Assembly: GCA_023246355.1 (NCBI GenBank)
Contig: JAHFIQ010000001.1
Location: forward strand, 350,247 to 414,246
Direction of reading: 5' to 3'
Source: Candidatus Uhrbacteria bacterium
GTDB taxonomy: Bacteria > Patescibacteriota > Patescibacteriia > UBA9934 > GWF2-40-263
DNA length: 64,000 bases
Each line of letters starts with the position of its first letter. Position 1 is the stretch's first letter. Position numbers and translations under genes: made by a program. Positions 10,801 through 19,142 of the stretch are shown in pieces. The notes under the pieces were generated by a model. The model made no database searches, was not told where the DNA came from, and was given only the letters and a program-made list of their open reading frames with translations.

Positions 10801-11439
10801 ACCGGCAACATCTCAATGAACTCTTATGAGATAAACGGGATTGGGAAGCTCACCGGCATGGGAGATTCGTGGTCACTCGCATCCGACGGAACGCTCACAA
10901 CTTCCGGTTTGTTGAAGACGGTCATCGATTCTTATCAAAATGAAAAAGTCGAGACGGTCGCGGTGACCTCTCCTGAAGTGATGATTACACTCACTGGAAC
11001 GGCCGTTCTTGAAAACGATCAACTCGAAATTCGATTTGAAGATGTGATTCCTGAATACAATGATGTTATTTCTGCTGACGCGCCGATTCGCGTGTTTGTG
11101 ACGCCACATGGACCTGTTTCCTTGTACGTCTCTGAGTCTGACCAAAATCATTTCGTGGTGACGCGGTTCCAAGGTGACTTGGATGTTGAGTTCGATTGGA
11201 TGGTGAGCGCGTATCGAAAAGGATATGAACCTGAGGAGGAGGTAGAAGAGGTGGATGAGGTAGACATGGTAGACCCAGGCTTCAGCATGGGTGCGACTGA
11301 AGAAACTGAATCATCTGACACAGAATCAGAAATGACAGCCGATTCTGCATCTCCGGAGAGTCCGGACACAACCATTGTTGATCAAGTGATTGAATCTGAT
11401 GGCGGCGCAACAGCCGAGCCCGAGACACAATCACCCTGA
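4900..11439 (+). CDS. Giant (2179 aa) secreted repeat protein, putative adhesin or fibre-like surface protein with acidic C-terminal tail
   Basis: Signal peptide MFLSGRKQSLALVLITLVSMMSFVFSSQAAA. N-terminal head contains LNAQTLDGIDSGSFLRDTGD, reminiscent of phage tail-fibre/collagen-like 'TLDG.DSS.F' motifs (from memory). Three ~258-aa tandem repeats (CTDC.DF.E..D..SLDASTSIA.DGSE...TNGGTGN..TNLSSTGDFV.QD...). C-terminal duplicated ~75-aa domain (AGIVS...PIAL.GRVP.KV..E.GAI..GD.LT.S.T.G.A.KAS..G..G.AL...DG). Glu/Asp-rich tail. Confidence 0.8.
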   Translation: MFLSGRKQSLALVLITLVSMMSFVFSSQAAAPTNIVTYQGRLLNSNSVPVSDTSLSMKFFFYTAVTGGTCVWSNSSATCNSNTPASTTARTVTLTSGLFTQNLGDTGDSFAAISDSIFADNSTLFLEVIVGSETLSPRRRLTAAPYALNAQTLDGIDSGSFLRDTGDTATGDYDLTGATLSGGSPIVLEGASANSFETTLALTDPTADRTITFQNGSGTVAFLTDVTGGGLWESGTFVYEDDSAVVVGADAAFTYASGGVGDLRVADQLEVLDDIFVDNDLVVGASTSSTETIANSSFSLGGNDFFAASDVGVEGNVYIDGAIDLVGTATVGDLACTDCLDFAELVDALSLDASTSIALDGSETFSITNGGTGNVITNLSSTGDFVIQDNGAAILTVADDDVLTYSTDLTTTSAIGFTGNSLTTGSLLNLSATGLTTGTALTVTASNVSTANSASVLNRFVLTNSQSTIANTGITGLSVGFTNAPSIAGNTERVVSISNESTTNTTDNLVTALLALDNADTSTTGSTVVTDAISIAVSGAIANGIVDAIDASDANITNALNIGTNTILGTTGVIDFSSFDVDGSGNVTANDFICTDCVDFTEMIDAMSLDASTSIAMDGSETYTLTNGGTGNVVTNLSSTGDFVIQDNGAAVLTVADNDVFTYTTDLTTTSAMTLTGNSLTTGSLLNLSSTALTTGSALSVVATNANTANSSTRLSQFSFTNSQATVANGDIAGLFLNFTNSPSIGGNTERAMSIVNAPTSNTTDNAVAALLSLDNADTSGTGSTVITDALSITVSGAISDGIVDAIDASDSNITNALNVGANTITGTTAVIDFNSFDVDNSGIVTASDYVCTDCIDFAELIDSMSLDASTSIAMDGSENFTVTNGGTGNMVVNLSSTGDFVLQDSGSPFFSINDNKVISYSTDLATSNAVALTGNSLTTANLLTLTSTALTTGSALSVTASNTNTANSISSMAVFALTNAQSTVANDDVNGLVVRFTNNPSVAGNNERAMVVTNLATSNTTDNAVQALLNLDNGDTSATGSTVVTNALIVSVSGSIADGIIDAVDASDSNITNALNIGSNIITGTTGVIDFNSFDVGPVASANSGTTTSIVDVGYVTPVDTSGTNIHQGITIDMDIGNSTGGTNSVNALELEGMTGDPEVANVHAIDIGALTGSAATNETALQIGTGWDADIAFLNATQASLRIPNGSRLQFQDSTSTEILTLQDVSNSLNHNLAIDADTGLSFDSNADSDADITTPTAEALRITPGGVGDVIFTIDADSNVQMTAGVAPGVDMLSLSNSGFATTTTDVNGLQIDFSSTGAAAQALFVETTYVGGATDALNFDGIFIGDINPTNAAGTDTVAGIHIGTITDPGANITSTGLRIDAGYDANIAIIDSSSVFDITNGGTLAFRDTSNTIMLLTDNGSDGVLSINNISTADPAVNVYDVAVNTTIDIGGVTNDSANSVNIATNATSGDTISIGNTAGGTNVTITAGGTIDLEGSVTADLAAIGATQFALCHTNSDTNDEPIGDCSGAPTADYAEQYPVETGISYGDIVVPGAREVTTTEGQTITQLVKSSEPYQGPIAGIVSNNYGDFTSAGYNIEAGDNPMPIALVGRVPVKVTNEGGAIQVGDYLTTSSTAGRAMKASKVGRVIGMALQNWDGVSDTIMVQVNNSWYMGEVIGTDGVSTLVTDNVVVSSFATATAEAPTFDSYGLSLRGSVWNGSEAEAVEMMMKNVVDSEDEYRLSIRNTSETEVAYITDEGTMKIAGDMIVGGNLYPSDRGVPQTDKYIYYDGSEGSAGDFMRTNAKGWSTGSYDFAEMFPSSETLEAGEVVAFSGSGHDVIRATGAQGEQLAGIVSTRPGFLAGENIEGSYPIALAGRVPTKVSEENGAIAIGDPLTSSATTGLAVKASESGQIVGYALEAYDGSQSDDLILVYVNIGYWQDDTVVQNTASEVSGNTNFSALNMTGNISMNSYEINGIGKLTGMGDSWSLASDGTLTTSGLLKTVIDSYQNEKVETVAVTSPEVMITLTGTAVLENDQLEIRFEDVIPEYNDVISADAPIRVFVTPHGPVSLYVSESDQNHFVVTRFQGDLDVEFDWMVSAYRKGYEPEEEVEEVDEVDMVDPGFSMGATEETESSDTESEMTADSASPESPDTTIVDQVIESDGGATAEPETQSP
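5905..8228 (+). repeat. 3 tandem coding repeats of ~774 bp within the giant gene
   Basis: Unit starts (tgcacggactgt / tgtacggattgt encoding CTDC) at 5905, 6679 and 7454; the period is constant at 774-775 bp with high protein-level identity. Confidence 0.8.
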
Positions 11440-11626
11440 TCAAGCACCCTTTGTTCTTTCCGATCCTTTGACGGGCCTTTCTGTTCTTCTTTAGAGGAGA
11501 ATAGGCTAGGCCCGAATGGAATGGCCATGCTTGGCTCCATTGCAGCACGCAACTGCGCAAGGGAACAACTGAAGAGGCCCCAATCGGCCAAACAATTTCA
11601 TAGCGGAAAGCGCATGAACCCCACAC

Positions 11627-14035
11627 ATGCGCTTTTTGCGTTATAATGTCTGCACTATGCAATCTTCAGGAGGACTTGCTTCCCATCTTCGCTCTGCCTC
11701 GCGCGGCCTCATCTTCACCCTTGTTTTTTTGACGCCGCTTTTGGTCGTGCCTTTCACGATCGATCCGCTTGAAATCAACAAGCAGACACTGCTCATGATC
11801 CTGACGCTCTGCGCCACGCTATTGTGGTTTGCCTCCATGCTGGTTGAAAAAAAAGTCAGGCTTGCGCGTGGTTGGATGAACCTGATCCCGCTTCTGTTTG
11901 TGGCCGCGTTTGTGATTCCAGCCCTGTCTTCTGCTGCGCCCTATCTTTCTTGGATTGGAGCACATCGTCAGGAGTATACGTCCGTGGCAACCGCGGTTGC
12001 CTTGGGGCTGCTCATCTATCTCACCGGTAACACATTTCGTGATCGAAGAAGTCATCAGCTCATGCATGGGGTGATGGTAGTCTCCGTGGCGCTCACGGTG
12101 AGCTCGAGCCTCATGGCCTTATTTGGCTTGCCTCTTTTTGGATCGCTCACGAGCGTTCTGGCCTTCAATACGGTCGGAACTCTCACGAACTTCACCACGT
12201 TTCTCGTAGTGGTTACGTCTTTCTTTCTTGCCTCTTTTATTTCTCACAAAGAAGGTGATTCGATTCTGAACGACGGCGTATTTGGTGTTCTCGAGCGCTG
12301 CCTGATCGTGTTGGTAACGCTTTCAACATTCTTTTTTCTTTTGGTCGTGGATAGCAGCCAGCTCTGGCTTCTGTTTGTGCTCTCGATCATGAGTGTGTTT
12401 CTCTTTGTTTTTTTTCGTGCGCAAGATTTTTCTAGTCGTACACGACTCCTGTTTCCCGTTGTTCTTCTGTTGTGCGCCATCCCATTTTGGTTCTGGCTTC
12501 CAGGTCTTCACTTCTCGCAGATTCCTCTTGAGGTGACACTCAACAATGAAAGTTCTCTTTCCATCGCAGAAAAAACATTGCAGACCTATTCCAGCAACAC
12601 AGGTACAGGACCAGGAACGTACTTGTTTGATTTTGCGCAGTTCCATGATGCAGCTCTCAACGAGACGGATTTTTGGAATACGCGTTTTGATCGCGCTTCC
12701 TCCCATGTGCTCACGCTCCTGCCAACGCTTGGAGTTTTGGGTGTCACGCTGCTCTCTCTGTTTGTGCTCTTTCTCTTGCTACGATCGGTTCATCAAGTTG
12801 TGAAACCTCGGTCGCGTGAGGCATGGCTGGAAAGTTTTGTGCATCTCACACCTTGGCTCATCCTTGTCATTTCTGCGTTCTTGGTTTCTTGGAACATGAC
12901 GCTCACGATCAGCTTTGGGTTTTTTTCAGGACTACTCATCTCACAAGTCATGCGGCCTGAAGCAGGCCGTTCGTTTGATCGGTCACCTGGAGCCGCGCTT
13001 GTGTGTTCTTTTTTCTTTTTGTGCCTGACGCTCGTGCTTCTGGTTGGGGTTTTTCTGACAACCGAGCGCTACGCGGCTGAGATCGCGTTTGCCAAAGCGG
13101 TCAAACTTGATCGAGCAGGCATGGATTTGCAGGAAGTGGTGACACAGCTCGATCGCGCCACCACGCTCAACAAATATCACGACACGTATGATCGCAATCT
13201 TGCTGAGGCGCTGTTGCTTCGGGTGGGGGAGGAACTTTCATCTGTGAGTTCAATTGAGACACTCACTCCAGAGTCCGCTCAGTATGTCCAGGCCTTGATC
13301 GCAGCATCCGTGAACGCGGCCACACAGGCCACAACTCTTTCTCCCAACAATGTGTTGAATTGGCTGACGCGTGGGATGGTGTATCGAGAATTGGTTCCGG
13401 TCATGGGAGAAGCATCTGACTTTGCGATTGAGAGCTATACCAAAGCTACAGAACTCGAGAGCGTGAATCCGTCCAACTGGGTTGAGCTTGGAAAAACGTA
13501 CCTGGTTGCAGCAGAAGCCGTTCGTCCTTTGACGCTGGCACAAGATGAAGCTGCTGCCACACAGGCGCAGTCAACTCTTGCCGACTATCTGACACAGGCA
13601 GAATCCGCTTTTCAAAAAGCTATCGAGCTCAAACCCAACTACGCTCCTGCACATTTTCAACTCGCGCTCACCTACGTGGCTCAGGGACGACTCGATGATG
13701 CGGTTGCGAAAATGGAAAGCGTCGCTGCCTATAATCCCCTGGACGTTGGTGTGCAGTTTCAGTTAGGTGTTCTGTATCTCAAACGTGGTCAAGATGGCGA
13801 CCTCTCAAAAGCCCAAGCCGCATTTGAAAACACGATCAAGCTCTCACCTGAATACAGCAACGCGCATTGGTTTCTCTCATCGATCTATGAAGGCCAAGGC
13901 GATCTTGCGCGGGCTGTCCAAGAAGTGGAAACCGTCCTTGAACTGAATCCTGGAAACGACTTGGTGGAGGCGCGACTGCAAAAGCTCCTTGCCGGCCAAG
14001 TCAGTGAGGAGACCCCAGAAGTTCTTGAAGAGTAA
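11627..14035 (+). CDS. Polytopic membrane protein (O-antigen-ligase/Wzy-like architecture) with C-terminal TPR-repeat domain
   Basis: About 12 predicted TM helices in the first 470 aa. The C-terminal 300 aa are Ala/Leu-rich TPR-like repeats (AHFQLALTYVAQGRLDDAV, VQFQLGVLYLKRG, AHWFLSSIYEGQGDLARAV). Confidence 0.6.
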   Translation: MRFLRYNVCTMQSSGGLASHLRSASRGLIFTLVFLTPLLVVPFTIDPLEINKQTLLMILTLCATLLWFASMLVEKKVRLARGWMNLIPLLFVAAFVIPALSSAAPYLSWIGAHRQEYTSVATAVALGLLIYLTGNTFRDRRSHQLMHGVMVVSVALTVSSSLMALFGLPLFGSLTSVLAFNTVGTLTNFTTFLVVVTSFFLASFISHKEGDSILNDGVFGVLERCLIVLVTLSTFFFLLVVDSSQLWLLFVLSIMSVFLFVFFRAQDFSSRTRLLFPVVLLLCAIPFWFWLPGLHFSQIPLEVTLNNESSLSIAEKTLQTYSSNTGTGPGTYLFDFAQFHDAALNETDFWNTRFDRASSHVLTLLPTLGVLGVTLLSLFVLFLLLRSVHQVVKPRSREAWLESFVHLTPWLILVISAFLVSWNMTLTISFGFFSGLLISQVMRPEAGRSFDRSPGAALVCSFFFLCLTLVLLVGVFLTTERYAAEIAFAKAVKLDRAGMDLQEVVTQLDRATTLNKYHDTYDRNLAEALLLRVGEELSSVSSIETLTPESAQYVQALIAASVNAATQATTLSPNNVLNWLTRGMVYRELVPVMGEASDFAIESYTKATELESVNPSNWVELGKTYLVAAEAVRPLTLAQDEAAATQAQSTLADYLTQAESAFQKAIELKPNYAPAHFQLALTYVAQGRLDDAVAKMESVAAYNPLDVGVQFQLGVLYLKRGQDGDLSKAQAAFENTIKLSPEYSNAHWFLSSIYEGQGDLARAVQEVETVLELNPGNDLVEARLQKLLAGQVSEETPEVLEE

Positions 14036-14089
14036 AAGACGGTTGATAGATTTTTGAGAATCTAGTATTCTTTTGGCCGTGACATCCAG

Positions 14090-14165
14090 GGGCCGTTAGC
14101 GCAGTTGGTAGCGCGTTTCCATGGCATGGAAAAGGTCATCGGTTCGAATCCGATACGGTCCACCA
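14090..14165 (+). tRNA. tRNA-Ala(GGC)
   Basis: Cloverleaf by eye: acceptor gggccgt/acggtcc with a G3:U70 wobble pair (the Ala identity element), D-arm gcgc-agttggtag-gcgc, anticodon stem tttcc/ggaaa with loop atGGCat, T-arm atcgg-ttcgaat-ccgat, discriminator A, encoded CCA. Confidence 0.85.
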
Positions 14166-14280
14166 AAAAAAGACTGCTGTTGCAGCCTTTTTTTGTTTTG
14201 GGCGAGACTCTTGACGGATTGCCCTTTTTCCATTATTCTCTCCAAGTTCCGGTCTTGCGACAGCCGGTTCGATCCCAACC

Positions 14281-15369
14281 ATGCCGCAATTTCCTCAGAG
14301 GTTCCCCATGTCTGCAACCCAGGCAGAGTCCGATTCGCGTCCGCCCTTCGTGCGTCCCAGCTCGATTGGCGACATCGTTCTTGGCATGTCCTTCACCGTC
14401 GAGGAGGAAGGCGAAGCCGTCACCCTGACCTTCGAGCCGCAAGCGCAGAAGGCGTTCTCGCGCTCGAGTTTTCAGGAGGTCTTCGGCAACTGTGGAGTCG
14501 TGCTGGTCAACGGCAAGTACCGACTGCTTGTCAGTGAGCAGGAGGTTCTCGCCTTCGAGGCTCCTGAGGGTCTGGAAAACAAGGACCGCCTGATCGATGG
14601 CCAGTTCGGACAGGTCGTCGAAGGGTTCTTCCGCCAGGTCGTCGAGGGCTACCAGGGATTCCCCAGTGACGAGATGCTCGAGCAGCTCGTGGGTCGCTCA
14701 ATCGATGCTGCGTTCATCGCGCTTACGGGGGACGATCCGCTCAAGGAGTCCCTGCGGCTTCCCACGCGCCAGCAGCTCATCGACATGAAGGTCCAGGGCG
14801 GCTGTGCCTCGTGCGATTTCACGGATCCGATGGCGGGCGTCATGGCAGCGCTCAGGGGCGAGCCGCCTTCCAAGTCCTCGTTCTTGCCCGGTGTCATCGA
14901 GGTGTCGGGCATCCGTCTGCGCGCGATCGAGAACGGTGATGCGCTCGACCTGGTGGTGGGATATCTCGACCACGAGAACGTGTTCGAAGACTACTTCCAC
15001 AGTCACCTGGCCGCGCTCATGCGGGAACGTCTTCCGCAGGCCGTCGACGCACAGGTCCGCCGTCAGCTCGTAGGAATCGAGCTCACGCGCCGCATCATCA
15101 ACCGGGTCTCCGAGGCCACGTACGCCCGCTTCGAGATCGATCCGGACGAAGTGCAGCGGATGGCCGATGAGGAAGAACAGAAGGTCCGGGATGCTCTTGC
15201 TGCCAGGCGCGAAGCCGCCTCCCAGAGGCGTGGTGGCCTTCGGTTCATGACCCTCGGTCCCGATGGGTTCCAGGATCTGGACGGCAATTCGCTGGAAGGC
15301 GATCCGTTCGCTTTCGAAGAAGGATCGGAGGAAACGGAGAACGAGCTCGACGCTCCCACGCAGGAGTAG
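14281..15369 (+). CDS. Hypothetical protein (acidic C-terminus), high-GC gene directly downstream of tRNA-Ala
   Basis: Long ORF with strong GC3 codon bias (GTC/GGC/CTC/GAG codons), unlike neighbouring genes. More likely start is ATG 14308 (MSATQ) preceded by agagg. No recognisable domain. Confidence 0.55.
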   Translation: MPQFPQRFPMSATQAESDSRPPFVRPSSIGDIVLGMSFTVEEEGEAVTLTFEPQAQKAFSRSSFQEVFGNCGVVLVNGKYRLLVSEQEVLAFEAPEGLENKDRLIDGQFGQVVEGFFRQVVEGYQGFPSDEMLEQLVGRSIDAAFIALTGDDPLKESLRLPTRQQLIDMKVQGGCASCDFTDPMAGVMAALRGEPPSKSSFLPGVIEVSGIRLRAIENGDALDLVVGYLDHENVFEDYFHSHLAALMRERLPQAVDAQVRRQLVGIELTRRIINRVSEATYARFEIDPDEVQRMADEEEQKVRDALAARREAASQRRGGLRFMTLGPDGFQDLDGNSLEGDPFAFEEGSEETENELDAPTQE

Positions 15370-15434
15370 CTGAAAACGTGCCCGCGACCTGAAGGTTGCG
15401 GGTTTTCTCTTTGAAACGTTATACTGCCGTCACT

Positions 15435-16511
15435 ATGTTGCAAGTTGGTATCGTAGGACTCCCAAACGTCGGCAAGTCCACGCTGTTTAAAACCCTCACG
15501 AAAAAGCAGGTTGACTGCGCGAATTTTCCGTTTTGTACGATTGAGCCCAATGTCGGAGTGGTTGAGGTGCCTGATGAGCGGATCAAAAAATTAGCGGAGA
15601 TTTCGAAATCGGAAAAAATCATTCCAACCGCGATTGAGTTTGTGGACATCGCGGGCCTTGTGAAAGGAGCACACAAAGGAGAGGGACTAGGCAATAAGTT
15701 TTTGGCAAACATTCGTGAAGTCGACATGATCGTTCATGTGGTGCGAGCATTCCATGACGAGAATGTTCATCATGTGGAAGCTGGCATTGATCCTGCCCGA
15801 GACGTGGAGACGATTGAAATCGAGCTAGCCATGGCAGACATCGGGACCGTTGAAAAGCGGTTGGAAACCGTGCGGGGAAAAATGAAAGCAGGTGTGACAA
15901 AGGATTTGGAGAACGAAGAGTCGGCGCTTTCAAAAATGTTTTCCGTGCTCCAGACAGGAAAAATGGCCAACACGGTCGAGCTCACAGAGGACGAAGAAAA
16001 GATGGTCGCAGACATGAGCTTGCTTACACGAAAGCCGATTTTGTATGTGGTGAATGTGGACGAAGTAACGGCGGCTGACAAGAACTGGAAGAGTCCCTTG
16101 GGCGCAGAGCGTTTGGCGATTCCCGTGAGTATCAAAGTCGAATCAGAGATCGTCGAGATGAGCGTTGATGACCAGCAGATGTTCCTCTCAGAGCTTGGGC
16201 TTGCACAGTCAGGACTCGACCGATTAATCGCCAAATGCTATGAGCTGTTGAACCTGATCACATTTTTTACCTCCGGAGAAAAAGAATCCCGCGCTTGGAC
16301 GATTCAGCGCGGCTGGTTGGCTCCCCAAGCTGCTGGGGTGATCCATACCGATTTTGAAAAAGGATTTATTCGTGCTGAGGTGATTGGCTATGAAGATTTT
16401 GTTGCTTGCAACGGCGAAGTCGGGGCTCGTGACACAGGCAAGCTTCGTGTTGAGGGAAAAAGCTATGTGATGCAAGACGGCGACGTGTGTCATTTTAGAT
16501 TTAGTACGTAG
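15435..16511 (+). CDS. ychF: Ribosome-binding ATPase YchF (Obg-family GTPase)
   Basis: [18 protein letters not shown] Walker A, ...[10 protein letters not shown]3 region, C-terminal TGS-like domain. Start refined to ATG 15435. Confidence 0.9.
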   Translation: MLQVGIVGLPNVGKSTLFKTLTKKQVDCANFPFCTIEPNVGVVEVPDERIKKLAEISKSEKIIPTAIEFVDIAGLVKGAHKGEGLGNKFLANIREVDMIVHVVRAFHDENVHHVEAGIDPARDVETIEIELAMADIGTVEKRLETVRGKMKAGVTKDLENEESALSKMFSVLQTGKMANTVELTEDEEKMVADMSLLTRKPILYVVNVDEVTAADKNWKSPLGAERLAIPVSIKVESEIVEMSVDDQQMFLSELGLAQSGLDRLIAKCYELLNLITFFTSGEKESRAWTIQRGWLAPQAAGVIHTDFEKGFIRAEVIGYEDFVACNGEVGARDTGKLRVEGKSYVMQDGDVCHFRFST

Positions 16512-17665
16512 ATATCTCTCCCCACCAGCTGATCGTTTCGGTGATACAAAAAGGGTGATTCAACGCGGTAGCCGAGTTTCGTTAGCATGTTCTCAAGTGA
16601 CAGGCGGTACCAGGTGCCGTCTTTTTGTTTGAAGGCTGGGAAGGCGACCACGGCGCGGCCGGATGGTTTTAAGAGAGGCTTGAGTGCCGTGAAGGAAGAT
16701 TCGTAGAGGGCCATGAGTTCGTGTTCGATTTTTTTGTTCTCTTGATCAGTGAGTGGTCGTGATCGTGGAGATCCCAAAAAGACTTCTGTGACGATGAGAT
16801 CTACAGGGTCAAAGATAAGACTCTGAAGCTTAGAGGCAGGACACGTGTGAATGATAAGATTCGGAGTCTGAAGTTGAAATTCTTTTGTCAGCCAAGAAAG
16901 ATTTTTTTTCGTATCGAGCATGGCTGTTTCGGAGATGTCGCTCCCGATGAGAGACGCAAATCCCATCAGCGCTGCTTCCATGAGTACGGTTCCAGATCCA
17001 CAGAATGGATCCAACAGCGTGGCTCCTTCTGGATTTACTCCTGAGAGGTTGATCATGAGTCGTGCGAGTTTGGGTGGAAGCATCCCAGACTTGGCATTGC
17101 GAGCTGGTCGGCCAAAGTCGCGGTGTTCCCAGGCGCGGAAATCTTGGATGGTTTCAGTTTGGCCGATCAAAATTTTTCCAGGAGCGGCGAGGAGCACATA
17201 CTCCCCACCGGAGGCGAGCAAGCCATTGGTTTCAATCACGGCTGAGGAAAGTCGTGGTTCACGGGCCTTCACATAGCGCACCGGCCGACCCGATGCTTTG
17301 AGATGCTTTTTGATTTCTTGGCCAAGGGCGTCAACCTCTTTTTCAAGAGCACGTGTGAGTGGTGCATCGCCAAGATCATAAACGGAAAGCCCAAATGAGA
17401 TTTTATTTTTTCCAACGGCGTCTTGAGCTTGTGCCGCGATCAGCGCGGCTGTGCTTTCAAGCTCCCACTGTTTGAGCTCTCCGATGACATGTCCGATCTT
17501 GACCACACCCGAGAGTCGATCTTGCAAGGCGCTCGCATTCTCGCTGCCAGATTCAATTACAACAACCGAGCGTGACTGATGGATAGGATCAAAACGATCC
17601 TGCATCACGGCCCTGAGCTCGGACAGACAGAGTTCTTGTTGGGAACCCAAGACAAAAAACATCAT
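16490..17665 (-). CDS. THUMP-domain class I SAM-dependent RNA (N2-guanine-type) methyltransferase
   Basis: N-terminal THUMP-like region; motif I DPFCGSGT; DLIVTEVFLG (motif IV-like, but DLIV rather than DPPY). Similar to RlmL/Trm-G10 family proteins. Confidence 0.75.
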   Translation of the reverse strand: MMFFVLGSQQELCLSELRAVMQDRFDPIHQSRSVVVIESGSENASALQDRLSGVVKIGHVIGELKQWELESTAALIAAQAQDAVGKNKISFGLSVYDLGDAPLTRALEKEVDALGQEIKKHLKASGRPVRYVKAREPRLSSAVIETNGLLASGGEYVLLAAPGKILIGQTETIQDFRAWEHRDFGRPARNAKSGMLPPKLARLMINLSGVNPEGATLLDPFCGSGTVLMEAALMGFASLIGSDISETAMLDTKKNLSWLTKEFQLQTPNLIIHTCPASKLQSLIFDPVDLIVTEVFLGSPRSRPLTDQENKKIEHELMALYESSFTALKPLLKPSGRAVVAFPAFKQKDGTWYRLSLENMLTKLGYRVESPFLYHRNDQLVGRDIYVLNLK

Positions 17666-17899
17666 AATGCATGGTCACTCCTAAACTCGATGAGATTGCG
17701 TTGAACGGGGAAGCCAGCCGCCGAGGCGTAGCGAAAGCTACGATGAGGTGGTGGCGGGGCCCCGTGAAACGCAAGATCGCGAGTTTAGGAGTGGCCATTC
17801 TTGACCATTTTAGCAAAGATCGTTACAGTCTACGCGTTAAATCATTTATCTGTCCATAGCCCCTCTGGGCTGTTCGGGACCACCCGGACCAGAAACATT

Positions 17900-18424
17900 A
17901 TGAACCAGTACGAACTTTTAACCATTGTGCCGACGCTCTACACAGACGTGGAGATCGCTGGCATCTCAGGGGAGATCACCGCGCTTCTTAAAAGCATGGG
18001 TGCACAGGTTTTGCGAGAAGAGAACCTTGGCAAGATTCGTCTTGCCTACCCGATCAAGTCCCAGCATCATGGTTCCTATCTCCTCGTCCATTTTGATGCA
18101 GAGCCTTCTGTGATCTCGGAGTTGAACCGCAAGCTCGGTTTGACCGACTCGATCCTGCGCCACCTGTTGCTTGAACGTGCTCCTGGGGCACTTGAGAAAA
18201 AATTTGAACTCACGTCTTATGTAGCACCTCTTTCCGAGGAAGCAAAGAAAGAACGTGAGAGTACCCCTCGTCGCGCCCCAGCAAAGCCAAGTTTTCACCG
18301 AGAGCTCACGGCGCAGGCACCGGCATCCGTCGCCCAGCCTCGTGACGTGGCACCGATGTCCATGGAAGAGTTGGATAAAAAGCTTGATAAGATTCTGGAA
18401 GGCGATGTGGCAGAGAACATTTAA
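17900..18424 (+). CDS. rpsF: 30S ribosomal protein S6
   Basis: MNQYELLTIVPTLYTDVE...GKIRLAYPIK..GSYLLVHFDAEP is the S6 signature. The ORF track begins at 17801; ATG at 17900 fits S6 length. Confidence 0.85.
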   Translation: MNQYELLTIVPTLYTDVEIAGISGEITALLKSMGAQVLREENLGKIRLAYPIKSQHHGSYLLVHFDAEPSVISELNRKLGLTDSILRHLLLERAPGALEKKFELTSYVAPLSEEAKKERESTPRRAPAKPSFHRELTAQAPASVAQPRDVAPMSMEELDKKLDKILEGDVAENI

Positions 18425-18433
18425 TCTCACGGT

Positions 18434-18907
18434 ATGTATTCATTGAATCGAGCAACGCTCATTGGAAATCTGACGCGCGACCCAGAAGTGAAAACGATTC
18501 CTTCAGGTCAAAAAGTTTGTACCTTTGGCATGGCGACCAATCGCTCCTGGACCGGCACCGATGGGAAGAAGCAAGAAGCCACAGAGTTTCACAATGTGGT
18601 CGCATGGGGAAAGCTCGCGGACATTTGTGGATCGTATCTTGGGAAGGGACGCAAAGTGTACATCGAAGGGAGATTGCAAACGCATGACTGGGATGGCCAA
18701 GACGGCGTGAAGCGTTACCGCACGGAGATTATTTGCGAGAACATGATTATTCTCGATCGCGCCTCCGGCTCCTCTGCTCCCTCTACCACCTCGTCTCCCT
18801 TTTCTCCCTCATCCACCTCTCCGTTCACTCCACCCAAGGCTCCCATCAAAGACGACCCAGCTCCTAATCCAGATGACGAAATTCGTATTGAAGATATTCC
18901 TTTCTAA
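18434..18907 (+). CDS. ssb: Single-stranded DNA-binding protein
   Basis: MYSLNRATLIGNLTRDPEVKT...FHNVVAWGKLADIC...YIEGRLQTHDWDGQDG is an OB-fold SSB, followed by a Pro/Ser-rich tail ending DDEIRIEDIPF. Confidence 0.9.
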   Translation: MYSLNRATLIGNLTRDPEVKTIPSGQKVCTFGMATNRSWTGTDGKKQEATEFHNVVAWGKLADICGSYLGKGRKVYIEGRLQTHDWDGQDGVKRYRTEIICENMIILDRASGSSAPSTTSSPFSPSSTSPFTPPKAPIKDDPAPNPDDEIRIEDIPF

Positions 18908-18909
18908 AT

Positions 18910-19140
18910 ATGGAACAAAAATCACAACCAGGAAAAAAAGAAAAGAAGTGCTTCTTCTGCTACAACAACATTCAGGATGTCGACTATAAGGACGTGAACA
19001 TCCTGCGTCGATTCCTGTCTTCGTTTGCCAAGATCGTTCCACGCAAACGTTCCAAGGTTTGCATGACGCATCAGAGACAACTCACCAGCGCCATCAAACG
19101 CTCACGAATTATGGCTTTGATCCCGTTCGTGCAAAGGTAA
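18910..19140 (+). CDS. rpsR: 30S ribosomal protein S18
   Basis: CFFCYNNIQDVDYKDVNILRRFLSSFAKIVPRKRSKVC is the S18 signature; canonical rpsF-ssb-rpsR gene order. Confidence 0.85.
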   Translation: MEQKSQPGKKEKKCFFCYNNIQDVDYKDVNILRRFLSSFAKIVPRKRSKVCMTHQRQLTSAIKRSRIMALIPFVQR

Positions 19141-19142
19141 GC

